A stretch of DNA of 64,000 nt, from NCBI GenBank assembly GCA_964016885.1, contig OZ024743.1, forward strand, positions 250,108,001-250,172,000, read 5' to 3'. A program made the position numbers and the translations under genes. The notes beneath the pieces were generated by a model. That model did not search any database and was not told where the DNA came from. It saw only the letters and a program-made list of their open reading frames with translations. Shown here one piece after another: positions 1 through 13,430 of the stretch (position 1 is its first letter; each line of letters starts with the position of its first letter). Source of the DNA: Eledone cirrhosa. Its lineage: Eukaryota.

Positions 1-220
1 GTGATGTGAATGAGTGATGGTTTTTGGGTGAAGAAGTGACAGGAGCTCCAGAAGAAGAAAAAGGAGAAAGACTGAGGCAAAAGTTGTCAGAGCTGATCTC
101 AAAACGCAGAACTTCACAGAGGAGACAATATAGAAATGCAACAGGTGGAGGAAAGCTGTGCTAGAAAAGACTTGTCCAAAACATGCAAGCATAGGAGAGT
201 AAACTTTAAAATGATGAAGA
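1..220 (+). mobile_element. Degenerate 3' end of an RTE-clade LINE
   Basis: Decayed similarity to the RTE C-terminus and tail (..GCTGTGCTAGAAAAGACTTGTCC..CATGCAAGCAT..AAAATGATGA), as in the younger copy at 35952-36200. Confidence 0.6.
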
Positions 221-434
221 TAATATTTTATTATCCAAATTGATTTTCTCTTTAAAACAATTTTTGTTTCTTTTAAAGGCTTATTAAAGTTAGATTGGAG
301 TCCTGCAAATTTTGGAATATCAAATAAGGGTTCCATATTTAGAACCTATTAGTGTAGCATATTTAGAAGAACTATGTACAAATTAAAATTTTAGAGAAGG
401 TGCCAGCCATCCCCAAAATGACTAACTAAAATAA

Positions 435-622
435 GACATTTTTTCCCATTTCTTTCTTTCCTCACTCCCATCTATCTTTCTATTTCTTCTTTTATTCCTC
501 ATTCTATCTTCTGATGAAGTACTAATGTCTGAAATGTTGAGACTCTTTTCCTGCTATATTAAGCATTAAACTAATATGTATCTTCATTGTTCTGCATCAT
601 TTGTTGTTTATCTGTTTACTGT
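435..622 (+). mobile_element. Short PLE-derived (pseudo-LTR-like) repeat with a degenerate minimal hammerhead
   Basis: Pyrimidine tract, then TCTT-CTGATGA-agtactaatgtct-GAAA-tgtt-gagac (511-534), then a tail (ctatattaagcattaaactaatat) shared with other copies at 4760-4920, 22350-22560 and 60920-61080. Confidence 0.55.
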
Positions 623-819
623 TCACACACACACACAGAATAGGGTATAAAGAAAAGCTAGGTAAAATCCATTGAAAATCCAAAAAAAATTTATTGCATA
701 ATAGGGGCTCTTATATGTGTTTCAATGCCCATGAGAGCTGAAAAATTATGTTACATAAAATTGCCCTACATAAAATGGTTATTCCTATTTCCTCTCCTGT
801 ATACATATATATATATATA

Positions 820-1095
820 TCATCATCATCATCACTGTTTTACTTCCGTTCTTCTACGCTAGCATGGGTTAGATGGGTTGTCCTGTTGTGGGCAGTGTCC
901 GGTCGGCTGACCTTGTCTTGCTCATATGGGAACTGATTCTGGCTTGATTTCTACAGCTGGATGCCCTTCCTAACACTAACCTCATTTACAGTGAGTGCTG
1001 GGTGCTTTTTCCCATGGCGCCTACACATCCACTTTACAGTGTGGACTGGGTGCTTTTTTGCCGTGGCACCTCCATGACCACTTTGCAGTGGGAAT
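820..1095 (-). mobile_element. Non-autonomous retroposon with an RTE-type (GAT)n tail
   Basis: (CAT)n on the plus strand, conserved CTGGATGCCCTTCCTAAC motif, internal repeats of ACTTTACAGTGTGGACTGGGTGCTTTTT; related copies at 24281-24460 and 61560-61885. Confidence 0.65.
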
Positions 1096-1104
1096 ATATA
1101 TAAA

Positions 1105-1260
1105 ATGCTTCTTCACAACCTCCATCTACTAAATTTCACCCACAAGTCATTGGTCAACTCAAGGCTATAGTAGTAGAAAACACTTATCCATGGTGTCACC
1201 ACAGTGGGACTGAAACTGAAACCACATGGTTACAAAGCAAACTCTTTAACCATGCAGCTA
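1105..1260 (-). mobile_element. tRNA-derived SINE fragment (family S1)
   Basis: Minus strand reads TAGCTGCATGGTTAAAG..GGTTTCAGTTTCAGTCCCACTGTG; homologous to 18187-18360, 27540-27680 and 55815-55945. Confidence 0.6.
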
Positions 1261-1337
1261 TCATAGTATATTTTTTTGTTTTACAAATATTAACAAGGGA
1301 ACCCGAATTGCTGATCCACTCTCACACATAACACAAC

Positions 1338-1580
1338 ACACCAGATCACCAGATCACCAGATCACCAGATATGTCATATCAAACAGACATACTATTAAAC
1401 AGACATACTGTCAAACATATTGTCAAACAAACATACTTTCAGACTGACATCTTGTCAAACAGACAAACTGGCAGATAGACATACTGTCAGACACTGTCAT
1501 ACAGAAATACAGTCTGATAGACATATAGTCTGATAGACATACAGTCAGACACTGTCAAACAGACATACTATCAAACATTG
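1338..1580. repeat. Degenerate minisatellite
   Basis: (ACCAGATC)x4 followed by many ~12-16-bp units resembling CAGACATACTGTCAAA. Confidence 0.8.
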
Positions 1581-2264
1581 TTCTAACTGTAGTGGCCACG
1601 ACCTCATAATTTATTTATATTACTGTATATTTTTATATATTTGGCAGTAGTTGACAGTTGATTTATGCCTCAAAGTTGGCCACTCTGTACCCCTAGAGGT
1701 TTCAAACCTGTCTGGCAGTAGCAAAAGTAGTAGTAGTAGCAGTAGTAGTGGTAGATGGTACACAATTCTATGAATGTTATAGAGTCTAAGAATCAAATGG
1801 AGTAGTTTTTGATGTGTTTGTGAGTGTGTGTATGTATGTATATATATTAATACGCACACACACACACACACACATATATTATTTAATATATAAAAAATTA
1901 TCATATTTGCATAAAAGTCTTTTTACTTGAGTATTTGTTGGCACTTGACTCTTGGCAAACGTTTTTACATAACAAGACATCAACAAGGAAGAGAAAAGAT
2001 GAGAGAAAAAATGAAGAGGAACAGAAGGAAAATAAAAAATAAAGACATAATGAGAGAGAGAGGGGCTATGAGATAGGGAGGGTGTGATAGAGAGGTTGAA
2101 ATAGAGAGGGGGGGGGAGAAAAAGTGAGAGGGAATGAGAGAGAGAGAGAGAAGAACAAGTGAAAAAAGAATGAACAGAAATAAAGAAAGCAAATAAGCTA
2201 ACAATTGACTTTAACAGATATGGTTCCTTTGATGTTGGGTCTGCTCTATCAAGTTTGACCTGAT

Positions 2265-2712
2265 ACTAAACAACAACAACAAGGCCAAACAACAACAACT
2301 ACAATCACATACCCAAACAACAACTATTACTACAATAAAACTGCCACAATAGATATAACCACAACAAACACCACCACAAAAAAGCCAAACTTCCACAACA
2401 ACGAAAATCACCACAAAAAAACCCTCAACCTCAACAACAACATGGCCAAATTTAACAACAACGATCATAAGCTCTACAACAACAAGGCCAAATTTAACAA
2501 CAACGATCATAAGCTCTACAACAACAAGGCCAAATATAACAACAACGATCATAAGCTCTACAACAACAACAAAAGTAATCACCAAAACAACCCCAAAATC
2601 CCCCGCAACAACGCAACAACAGTGATGACAACAACAATAACACTACAACCATTGCCACCACAACAACGACCACCACAATAAGAAGAACAATCACAATAAC
2701 AACAACTACATA
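2265..2712. repeat. CAA-rich low-complexity tract containing a 42-bp tandem repeat
   Basis: GGCCAAATTTAACAACAACGATCATAAGCTCTACAACAACAA x3 at ~2443-2570. Confidence 0.85.
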
Positions 2713-2981
2713 CACTCAAGTAAGATTACAATGACCAGGTCATTGATGTAAGATGAAAGGAGTTTAATACTTAATAATAATATACAATATTCTTGTAATA
2801 ATAAAGTACAAGTGGACATGTGTGTGTTTGTGTATTTCAATGACTACATATGCATTATACCACAATAATATATATAGATTATACATATACGTGTGTGCAT
2901 CACTATATATATATATTCACTTACATACATATATTTACATACAATCATACATATATTTACTTACAATCTTTTACATATGTG

Positions 2982-3044
<63 letters not shown>

Positions 3045-3818
3045 TCATATATATATATATACACTCATATATATAAAACGTATATAAATGTATGCATACA
3101 CAGTAAAAGATTCTAAGTAAATATATGTATGCATCATTTAATGTTCATTTTATTACTACCAATAATTGAACGGGTTATCTTTGACCAAGTCAGTACTTAA
3201 TCAGAGCTACTGACCTCTCAAATTCCACACCCTACAGAGTGTAGTGGGTGCATTTTATCATGGCAACAATAGTGGAGAGGTTGTTGTGCCCTTGACATAA
3301 ATGGAGAGTTCTCCCAAACCTTGTTTGGCAGTATTTCTATATCTGGATGTCCTTCTTATCACCAAACACTTAGCAAGGTACACTGTATGAATTTTTCATG
3401 GCACCAGCATTACATTGTTTGTCATGCCATGACTGAAGAACCCATTCAACGCTTTTGGTATGGTTTCTATGACTGGAAGCCATTTTTAACATAAACCTCT
3501 TTACAAAGTGAACTGGATGAATTTTATTGTGGCATCAACACTAGGGCAGTTGTCAGTCATTGATTCAATCGAAAAGCTATCTGTACCCCATAACAAAAGG
3601 TGAGATAATGATGACTTGTCACAAGTGAAACAGGTATCTGTTATACTTGAGTTATATAAAAATTGGTATGGGATTAAAACAATCTGAATTGCATTGGGTA
3701 TTATTATACCAAATATGTAAAAGTTCTCTATGCCAAATATATGTTCTTTATGCCATAGGTTTCATTCAGACAGGTAACATAACATGCTGATAACCAAAAA
3801 TTATGTTATTTTAAGACT

Positions 3819-4222
3819 TCAACCCTTTCGTTATTATATTTCTAATGAAAAACAACTTACAATTTTCAAATAATTGGGAATTTAGAAAGATTTAGTAACA
3901 TAATTATCTTTCTTATTATTAAATCGGTGTTTGAAATATAATAAGGTTCTGACATGAAATTAAGATGGAAGGCTTTTAGATAAATACAAACACTTTAACC
4001 CTTTCATTTCCATATTTCTAATGAAAGACACTGCTACAAATCATTTTGAAAATAATCGAGGATCTGGACTGATTTAGTAATATAATTAACTTTCTCATGA
4101 TTAATATTCTTGTATAAAATTATGATGGAAGAATTTTAGACAAATATAAACACTTTAAATTAAACTGTTTTGTATCATAGAAGCAGAGGTGGTTTCAGGT
4201 GGTTTGTCATCAAAAGGGTTAA
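3819..4222. mobile_element. piggyBac-type MITE, family A (partial plus full copy in tandem)
   Basis: TTAA-CCCTTT..AAAGGG-TTAA ends; internal AAATTATGATGGAAG and CATATTTCTA motifs shared with at least six other copies. Confidence 0.65.
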
Positions 4223-4641
4223 CATGAATAGCTATAAGGTGGCTCCAAGAGCAAAACAGTCTAAAAACATCAAAAACACAAAACTATTACAAGATAAGAG
4301 GGAACTGAAGATAACTGACATATCTTAGTGTTTATAGCAGTAGAAGTATTTATTGGTGATTAGTAATAAATATTGAGAATCAATACTTGTTCTGAACACT
4401 GAACATCACTGATAAGGATTAAAACATACTCTGAGGAATATGGTTTTGGCTGAATAACTAAAAGATAAAGCAAACATGTGTGTCTATGTGTGTGTACCTA
4501 GACACCCGGATTTGTCTGCATGTGTACATGTACCTCCACACACATATATATATACATATACCATATATACCACCATCATCATCACTGTTTAATGTTTATT
4601 TTCCATGCTTGCATGAGTTAGACATGTAGACATATGTATAC

Positions 4642-4704
<63 letters not shown>

Positions 4705-4759
4705 CGCGCGCGCATATGTGTCTGTGTTAAATACATGTGTGGTTTCCTCTTGTAAAAAA

Positions 4760-4920
4760 AATAATTCTGTTTCTTCCATTTCTTACTCTCATTTCTCTTA
4801 TTTCTTCTATCTTCCGAGGAAAGATTGATGTCCGAAACGTCAAGACTCTTTTTTTAACATATCAAGTGATAAATTAATATATATAATCATTGTTCTCCTT
4901 TATTGGTACCTTACTGACTT
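4760..4920 (+). mobile_element. PLE-derived short repeat with a degenerate hammerhead
   Basis: TCTT-CCGAGGA-aagattgatgtcc-GAAA-CG-TC-AAGA at ~4810-4845, between (GT)n and (CA)n tracts. Confidence 0.55.
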
Positions 4921-4930
4921 TACACACACA

Positions 4931-5013
<83 letters not shown>

Positions 5014-5770
5014 TTATATAAGCATTGACTCTGAGTGTGTGTGTGTACGTGCATGCGTAATAATGGTTTGTAAATTTGGCACAAGGCTAACAATTTTGGA
5101 GGAATAGAAAGTCATTTTAAACAACTTCAGTACTTGACTGGTTCTTTATTTAATCAACCCCAGAATGATTAAATGCAAAATAATCCTCAGCATGATTTGA
5201 ACTCAGAATAAAAAGAAGCAGAATAAATACAGCAAAGCATTTTGTCTGACACTATACTGATTATGCTAATTTAACATCCTAACAACAACAACAACAACAA
5301 CACAAATATGTATATAAATAAGTTATATTTTTGGGAATGCAACTGATTCCTAAATCTTGTGAAAATACCTACTACCAACATAGTTAATTAGGTAATTGAT
5401 TTAGATAAAAACTGCCATCAACTTCACACTCCACTATAATCAGCTTTTCTCTAATCATAAACGAGTTATGTTTTTTTTAAACAGAAATGAAGCCCCTGCA
5501 GCAACGAAGATCCCCCTGAGGAAGAATCTTCTGATTGGTAATTGGAAACGATGGAAAACAATGATTGAATCAGATAATTCTTACTTAACCCAATTAGTTT
5601 GTTTCACCAGCAACCAAACAGTTAGTATCAACACCAGTTGTACTTGTGTAAATTCCTCAATAAAGATCAAATGAGATTACCTGAACATCTAGAATAATCA
5701 CAAACATATTATAAAAGACAAATAAATATTTACCCTATATTATTACAAGATAAACCCTTTCAATAATACT

Positions 5771-6207
5771 TCAACTCTTTTCATACCAAACCACATGAAG
5801 CTCTCCTGGTTCTACAATACTAAACTGTTTATTTTAAAATATTTATATTTATCTAAAAACCTGTCATAATTTTACATAAGAACCTTTGGTAAATTATTTT
5901 CCAAGCATCAGCATAAAAATGGAAAAGTTATATTACAAAATCCCTCCAAATTCTTGATTATTTTCAAAACTATAGATAGCATATTTCAGTAGAAATATGC
6001 AAACAAAAGGGTTAATGTGTGTATATTTATCTAAAATATTTCTTTTGCAATTTTATGTAAGATCCTTTATATTAAGTTATGGTCCTAACACCAGCTTGGT
6101 AATAAATAAGTTAATTATTTTATTAAATCTTTCTAAATTGTTAATTATTTAAAAATTATTTGAAAATCATTCAGCAGAGTTTAGAAATATAGTAATAAAA
6201 GGGTTAT
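5771..6207. mobile_element. piggyBac-type MITE, family A (full plus partial copy)
   Basis: Reverse-oriented relative to 3819-4222; ends AAAAGGGTTAA at 6015 and AAAAGGGTTAT at ~6207. Confidence 0.6.
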
Positions 6208-6578
6208 TGACTGAACAGATCTCAACACTACGACTCTTCTGTCTGCTGCATATATGAAAGAGGAAAAAGAACAGTAGTGATTACTGACTGTCAGAGCTGG
6301 TCTGACAACATCAAGAACTGGATAGATCACAATGCAATCATCTTTCCAGGCTAGAGGGACAACAGGGGTCAGAACACAGTTGAAGGAAGATCAAGAAAGA
6401 AGATTCAGACAAAGAAAATCCTGGTCTGACAACATATTATTATTTCAAATCATTGAATGGAACAGTAACATGAGACATGTAAGAACTAAATAAATGATTT
6501 CAGAGTCGTTATACAAAATATTGGGTTGCAATCCAAATGAGATATATATGGTGGACAGTCACTATGGAAGGTACTTAC

Positions 6579-6669
6579 GCAGTAAAAAGACGGCGCACGC
6601 AGTGGGTTACAAATGGTTGGGTAGTTGTGAAAGCATGTTAAGCCATAGCATCATTGGTCCCGTCCCTTT
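6579..6669 (-). other. Candidate spliced exon (91 nt; stop in all three frames, so terminal-coding or non-coding)
   Basis: Minus strand: TTTCTTGTTTCAG acceptor, GC- and CpG-richer unique sequence, TGC|GTAAGT donor. Confidence 0.4.
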
Positions 6670-8769
6670 CTGAAACAAGAAATATTGGACCTACAATCTT
6701 GATGATGGTCACAAAGGATTAAAAAAATGGAAATAAAAAAAATGAAATGTATGATAATGATAAAACAAAAAGAATGATAAAGATAAGATATAGAACGGCA
6801 GTGATGAAAAATAGAATGGTAGTGATGAAAAATAGAATGGTAGTGATGAAAAATAATGGTAGCAATGAAAAAAAGAAATGATAATGAAAAAAGGAAGGAT
6901 AGTGGTAATAAAATGAATGATATTGATGAAAAAAGATATCAATGAAAAAATGATAAGGATTAAAAGTGATGATAATGATGAAAAATAAAGGATAGCAATG
7001 AAGAAAGGAAAGAGAGAGAACAAAGAATGACAACAATGAAAAAAGAAATGACAACGATAAAAAAAAAGAAAACAGTTGAAATTAAAGAAAGAATTAAAGA
7101 AAGAATTTAAGACAAACTTGCTACATTGGTAATGATTCAACAAAACAAGGGGTTTTAGTAAAATTTCTCTGATATAAATTAAGGTAATGTACATTATTAT
7201 ACATTCTACTACATAATTAACAAGCATTATGCACATATAGCAGTACATATAACATAGAATATCACATTACACCAGTGTTTCCTAACCCATTTATTCTGTG
7301 GCAACTTTTTTAAAGTAACTTTACCCCAACCAATTTTGTTCAGTAATAATGCAGCAACTAAAAAGAGGAAATTTTAAGATATTGTTTTTAACATTATTAT
7401 TTTAGGGTTAGATAACAATAATAGCACAGAACATGTTATTTCACAACTAATTATGAACAGATACTGGTACGAGCACCAAATACAGTCAATGTGAACGTAT
7501 AGTAGTATTATGACCAGATACAATCGGTTAATGTGAACAAATGCTGGTATTAGGACCAAATATGAAGAGATAGTGGTTCTATAACCAAATATCACCAGTC
7601 AATGTGAACAAATACTACCAGTCAATGTGAAAAATGAGACTTATAGAGATTGTTGAGCTCCAAATGGTTGATAGTGACTAGACACCACCAACACCACAAA
7701 AAAGAAAAAAAACGTAAAAGGGTGGAACAAATACAGCAAGGTATTCTGTTAGATTCTCCTCAAAGCATTCTGCTAATCTTGTACAGTTAAGATAAATACA
7801 CAACATGCTAATCCATGAGAGTTCCAGTTGTTTAAAATCTATTGTATCGTTGATGCTCTTGACAGCAATATGAACTCCACAAAATATTGTTTCTTGCTTC
7901 TCCATCATATGTAGTTGAAACCTTATGCTAATGTAATAAATTAATATTGTTTTTAAATTTAAATATTCTTAATTTCGTTAAAAACAGACTTAATTCACTA
8001 TATCAGATAACAGCAATACAATATATAATAATAAAATCTAGCTAAAGAATAACTTTGTAGAATAGATGTAAAACAGATATAAAAACGATATGAAAATAAA
8101 TATTAATTTCTAAGTTGTTATTGTTATAATAGATTAGATTAGAAACATGAAAACTTATCAATAATCTTCAAAGGAAATATATCAGAATCAGAAACCAGAC
8201 GTTTTGTTCATTCTAATTCCACTATTGCATGACACAGAACTAACTTCTAACTAATGAGATTATATTATTAAAATTATAGCAACCACAGCGTGGAAGAATC
8301 ATCGCAGCCATTCAAACACGCACGCACACACACACACACACACACATATAGGTACACACACACACACACACACATGTATGCATGCACGCACACACACAAC
8401 ACATTAATCAATTATTTCTTGGTATGGACAAAGTTGCGATGGAAATGTGTCAGTGATGAGGTCATAGTACCTACTACTATTATTTATAGATGTCTTTGTT
8501 TGTCACTATTTTTCTTATTTCTGCTTCTTTATCCATCTGTTGTCCTCTTCTTTCTTGTCTCTGGCCCTCACTCTCTCTTGCTTTTGTCTCTTAATTGTAA
8601 AGGTATTAGAGAGCTCTCCTAATCTGTCATGGCTTAATAGCTCTTTATGTACGTTTTAATTGATTAAATAAATGAAATACACACATTACTGGATTTCTAG
8701 TCTCAAAATATTTTACAAAGTTTTCCCAATGAAAGAAACAAATACACTTTGCACATCTACTGTTTTCTT

Positions 8770-8890
8770 TGGCCCAGAGATTGTTAGTTCTTCTATGATT
8801 GTGACCCAGAGATTGTTAGTTCTACTATGATTGTGACCCAGAAATTGTTAGTTCTATTGTATTTTGGACCCCAAAATCATTAGTTCTGAG
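8770..8890. repeat. ~31-bp minisatellite, about 4 units
   Basis: GACCCAGAGATTGTTAGTTCTACTATGATTGT units. Confidence 0.8.
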
Positions 8891-9639
8891 TTATGGTCTG
8901 AGAAGATCATCAGTATAACCTTCACATTATGGATGAGTTTTTTATTGTTTGTGAAGTAGAAATATAAAATATGATTGCCCTTCATTTAGTGGAGAATTGT
9001 TTGTTTCATGAATATCACATTAGACAAGAAAATTAAAGAGTATTTTTCTTCAAACTGTAACATTCTTGAGAGAATGTAGCCATGAGGTCATTTGTCATTT
9101 AAAAGAAAAATGTTAAAGTCGGTCTCAATTCTGGAGGCTCATCAAGCCAGTGCTTAACTCTGTTTCATTGGTGTTAGGCAACTGAAGTACAAAACTTGAC
9201 CTCTGTACAGGATGCCAGTCATTAAGAGGGCTAACTCCCAGCTACTGGTACTCATGTTCAGTTGAGTGTACAGGTGCAATGAGAAATGAAGTATTTCTCA
9301 TTGTAGAACACAATGTACCATCTGTTCCAGGAACCAAATACAAAACATTACAAATACCTTTACTTGATGTGTTGTCCTAATGTGATTAATACCCTTTCTA
9401 CTAAGTAGTATGTTTGATTTGAGGCGCCTGGTGGACAATATGTTGAAGTGAGTTGTTTAATATGCTCTATCAGTGTGTCACAAATTGTGTTAAAGTGCGA
9501 CAATAGGACCAGGAGTGTAATAGTAGGATCAGAGGTGTGATATGACAAATATACATCTTTTCTGACCTGTCAGTTGAAAATGCGACATTCTTTTGTACAT
9601 GTGTTTTGTGAGTGCTATGCATACTGTGTGTGTGGTGTA

Positions 9640-9723
<84 letters not shown>

Positions 9724-11254
9724 CACAAATATATATTTACATATCTCTTTCTATAATATATATATACTTATATATATATATATATACACACACACACATA
9801 TATACAGACACGCGTGTGTATGCATGTGCATATATATATATATATACACTTACACACACACATATGTACATGCATGCTTGCTGACCTACATACATACACA
9901 TATGTATGTATATATAAATAACAAATGGAATAAGTAAATGTCTGTAAAATAAGAGCTTAGCAGATAACAGTAAAAGAACAAGAGGGAGAAGAATATTCCA
10001 GATGCAATTTGGAAAGGTAAACACTGACAAGAAGTGGTTATAATTTATTTCGATGTTATAAAACCTAAAACGACAGACACTATATCAACGTATTGTTGAG
10101 TGAAAGCAAGGGGTGTTTGGAGAGGGCATGGCAGTTAGATGAAAATTGGTTAAAAAAGAAAAAGAATGGTGATGAGAAGTTCCTTTCCATTTAACTACAA
10201 CAAATGTAATTTATCAGAAAAATACATTTATCAATACCATTTAAAGTAGTTTTTTTGTTTTGGTTGTGTTCTTTAATGAAACAACTTTTCCATATCAACC
10301 ATTAACAACGTTATTGAATGTGCTGGAGATATATTTTAAAGAAGATAATGTAAATATCACAATAAATCTTTCTCTTTCAATTTATTATAAATAGAATGGA
10401 GTAGGTTATGTTTGGAGGGCATAGCAGCGATCAAATGTAGTGTGCAGGAGAGAAGACTGCACTGCTATAGACATGCTATGTGTATGAACAATGAACATTG
10501 GGTGAAAATGTGTTAGGTGATACACCACCACATGGCCTTCTGGGCAGGTTCCTGGTTTGTGAGTACCATCCTCCTTTCTTCCTACTAGTCTGAAAGACCA
10601 TGAAAATATAGAAGTCTGAAAGACCATGAAAATATAGAAGGCTATCGGCCCTACCCTTCTAACTAACAAAAAAAAAAAAATAGAGAAAAAAAAGATTTTC
10701 TGGTCCTGATTGTTAGAGATCTATTTTCTTGTTTAACTCAAGTTTAAATTTTATTTTTCTAGAGTTAGTATACGGAGGGCAAGAGTGTATTTCATCATGA
10801 CATCAGCACAACTACTTTACAGTGTGTATTGGATACGTTTCATCATGACACCAGCATTTGAGACATTGTTTTGTAATGCCTTCAGCAAGACTCAAGAATG
10901 AATCTAGTTATAAATATATTTCACCTAAGAATCAATAAAAATGCTAAAATTTGTACACCTATCTGATCCATTAAAAAATACAACAAAAAAAAAAAAAAAA
11001 AGAAACAAAATAAATTTTTGACATGAAATAAAATTTGATTATGTATTTTTCTGATTTTAGTCAATGACTGTTTTGACTTTTTTAGGAATTTTTTTTCAAA
11101 CAAAGGCAGTGCATTCATTCAACTGTTGCTATTTCCAATATTGTACTGGTAGAACTTGCAAAGATATCAATTGTCTTCTTGTCTTTTACTTAATTCCAGA
11201 ATAGCAATTTAGGAGCAGAAGTTCAAATTTAGTTCTGCATATTTAATTACCAAG

Positions 11255-11980
11255 TAGAGGGGAGTGGAATGGAGTGGAGAAAGATTGGCATAGAAGAGGG
11301 GGTGGAGTGGAGCTGGAATGTGGTTGAAGTGGAGTGTGGCAAGAGGGGTGTAAAATGGAGGTGGAGTAGCATAAGAATGGAACGGTGTAGAATAGCTGTG
11401 AAATGTGAACAGAGTGGAATAGTATGATGTGGGAGTAGTGTGGGAGAGGAATGGAGCTAGAACAGGACTCGAGTAGCATGGGGTGGAGTAAGGCTGGTGT
11501 AGAGTGGGACCGGAGTGGAGTCGGAGTGGGACTGGAGTGAAATGTGGCGAGACTGGGAGTGGAATGGAGTGGGGCTGGAGTGAAATGTGGTGGGACTGGA
11601 GTGAAATGTGGCTGGACTGGGAGTGGAATGGAGTGGGGCTGGAGTAAAATGTGGCGGGACTGGAGTGAAATGTGGCTGGACTGGGAGTGAGATGGAGTGG
11701 GGCTGGAGTGGAGTTTTAATGTGGTTGAAGTGGAGCGTGGCTGGTGGGGTGTAGAATGAGAGTGGAGTGGTGTAGGAGAAGAGTGGCGCTGGAACAGGCA
11801 TCGAGTAGCATGGAGTGGAGTAAGGCTGGAGTAGAGTGGGACTGGAGTGAAATGTTGAAATATGGCTGCACTGGAATGGAGTGAAGCTAGATTGGAATGG
11901 GGTCTTAGTGGGAGTGGAGTGAGGGTGGGGCACTGGAGTAAAATATGTATGTGTCGGGGGAAGAGGAGGAGTGTGATCCA
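11255..11980. repeat. G-rich (GGAGT)-derived satellite with higher-order repeats
   Basis: GGAGT/GGAAT units; recurring GGGACTGGAGTGAAATGTGG; diverged duplication of 11300-11545 at 11690-11855. Confidence 0.8.
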
Positions 11981-12929
11981 AATGAGATATTCTTACATAT
12001 ATTTTCAGACTCTGTGACTACTAAATATATACATTAATGAATTACAAATATGGAGAGAGAGATAGAAGGAGAGTGAGAGAGACGAATCTGACAAATACAG
12101 AGAGAGGAGGAGTAAGATGAAGAGAGTTGAGTGTAAAGTGGAGATAACCTGACAGACAGAGAGAGAAAAAGAGGAGAAGAGATAGAGAGAATCTGAGTGA
12201 GTGAGAGAGGAAGAGAGTAAGATAAGTTAACTAAGTGAAGCTCAGTTCTGGAGAATACTGATATATGTGTGTGTGTGTGGAAACAAAAGCACACATACGC
12301 CCACACATACACAGATACATACATAGGCAAGCACATGATCAAGCATATATATTCATATATATATATATTTGTGTGCATATTGTGTACATACACACACAAA
12401 TGTGTATTTATATATATATAGATATATGTATGGCAATATCTAATTTCTCGTTTGAAATAAGATAGCCAAATCTATTTATTAGTTTTAATAAAAGTAAGGA
12501 ATGGTGTGTTAAAGAGGCAGGATTGGACCAGGAAAATCAATCAGTACCCATTTGTAAAGTTATTTCTGTCAAAATCAATAACTCTAATAGGCACGAAGTT
12601 GACATTCAGAAGTGGTGGCAGTTAAAAAGAAGATTAGGATATTATATATATATATGTATATAAATACATATATGTGTGTGTGTATGTGTGTGTGTATGTG
12701 TGTTTGTGTGTATATATATATATATATTTATGAATTTATGTATACAAATATATATACATTTATATTGAAAAGAGTTAATAGGGAACATTTGTGGAAACAT
12801 TAAATTGTCCTCACTTTAAGCCCTGTTCATAGAGCATTAAATCAGCTGAATATATTTAAAGCTCAATGAATTGAGTCTCTCTTTCTCTCTTGCATAAACA
12901 TGCACAAGTCTTCTTTTTCCTCCATTTAT

Positions 12930-13430
12930 TTCTGTGGGGGAAGAGTCCTCAAACACTCCTTCCAGAGGGTGCTGTCAGAAGTAACCATCTCCCATTGATC
13001 CAGTTGGATCCCCAAGTGTGACCAACCAAACTCATGGATGTTATCCAACCATCTTGTTCAGGGTCTACCCCTTGGTCTCCTGCTGGTTGGTTTAGCCATA
13101 AAATCTGTCCAGGAATCCATTCCTGAGACATTATAACCACATGCCCATAGTATTGGAGCTGTGATCTCTCAATTTGGAGAAGTAGCGGCTCTACCTGGAG
13201 TGATTCTCTGATCTCCGAGCTACACACTCTATTGAGCAACATTACTCCAAAGACCTTTTGGAGGAACCCCATTTCAGCCGCTTGAATTTGCGATTGTATT
13301 CTTTTGGTCATTACCCAAGATTCATGACCATAAATAAGGGTTGGCACAAATACCAAATTGAAGATAGCGAGTTTGGTTTTTATAATTACCTCCCTTTTCC
13401 TGATTACTGAATACTGAAGTTGGTGCATTT
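12930..13430 (-). mobile_element. Rex3/Expander-like RTE LINE 3' fragment (pseudogenised)
   Basis: VPTLIYGHESWVMT..IQAAEMGFL..VEPLLLQIERSQL..GHV, then after a frameshift RRPRGRPRTRW..LPP-stop. Confidence 0.85.
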
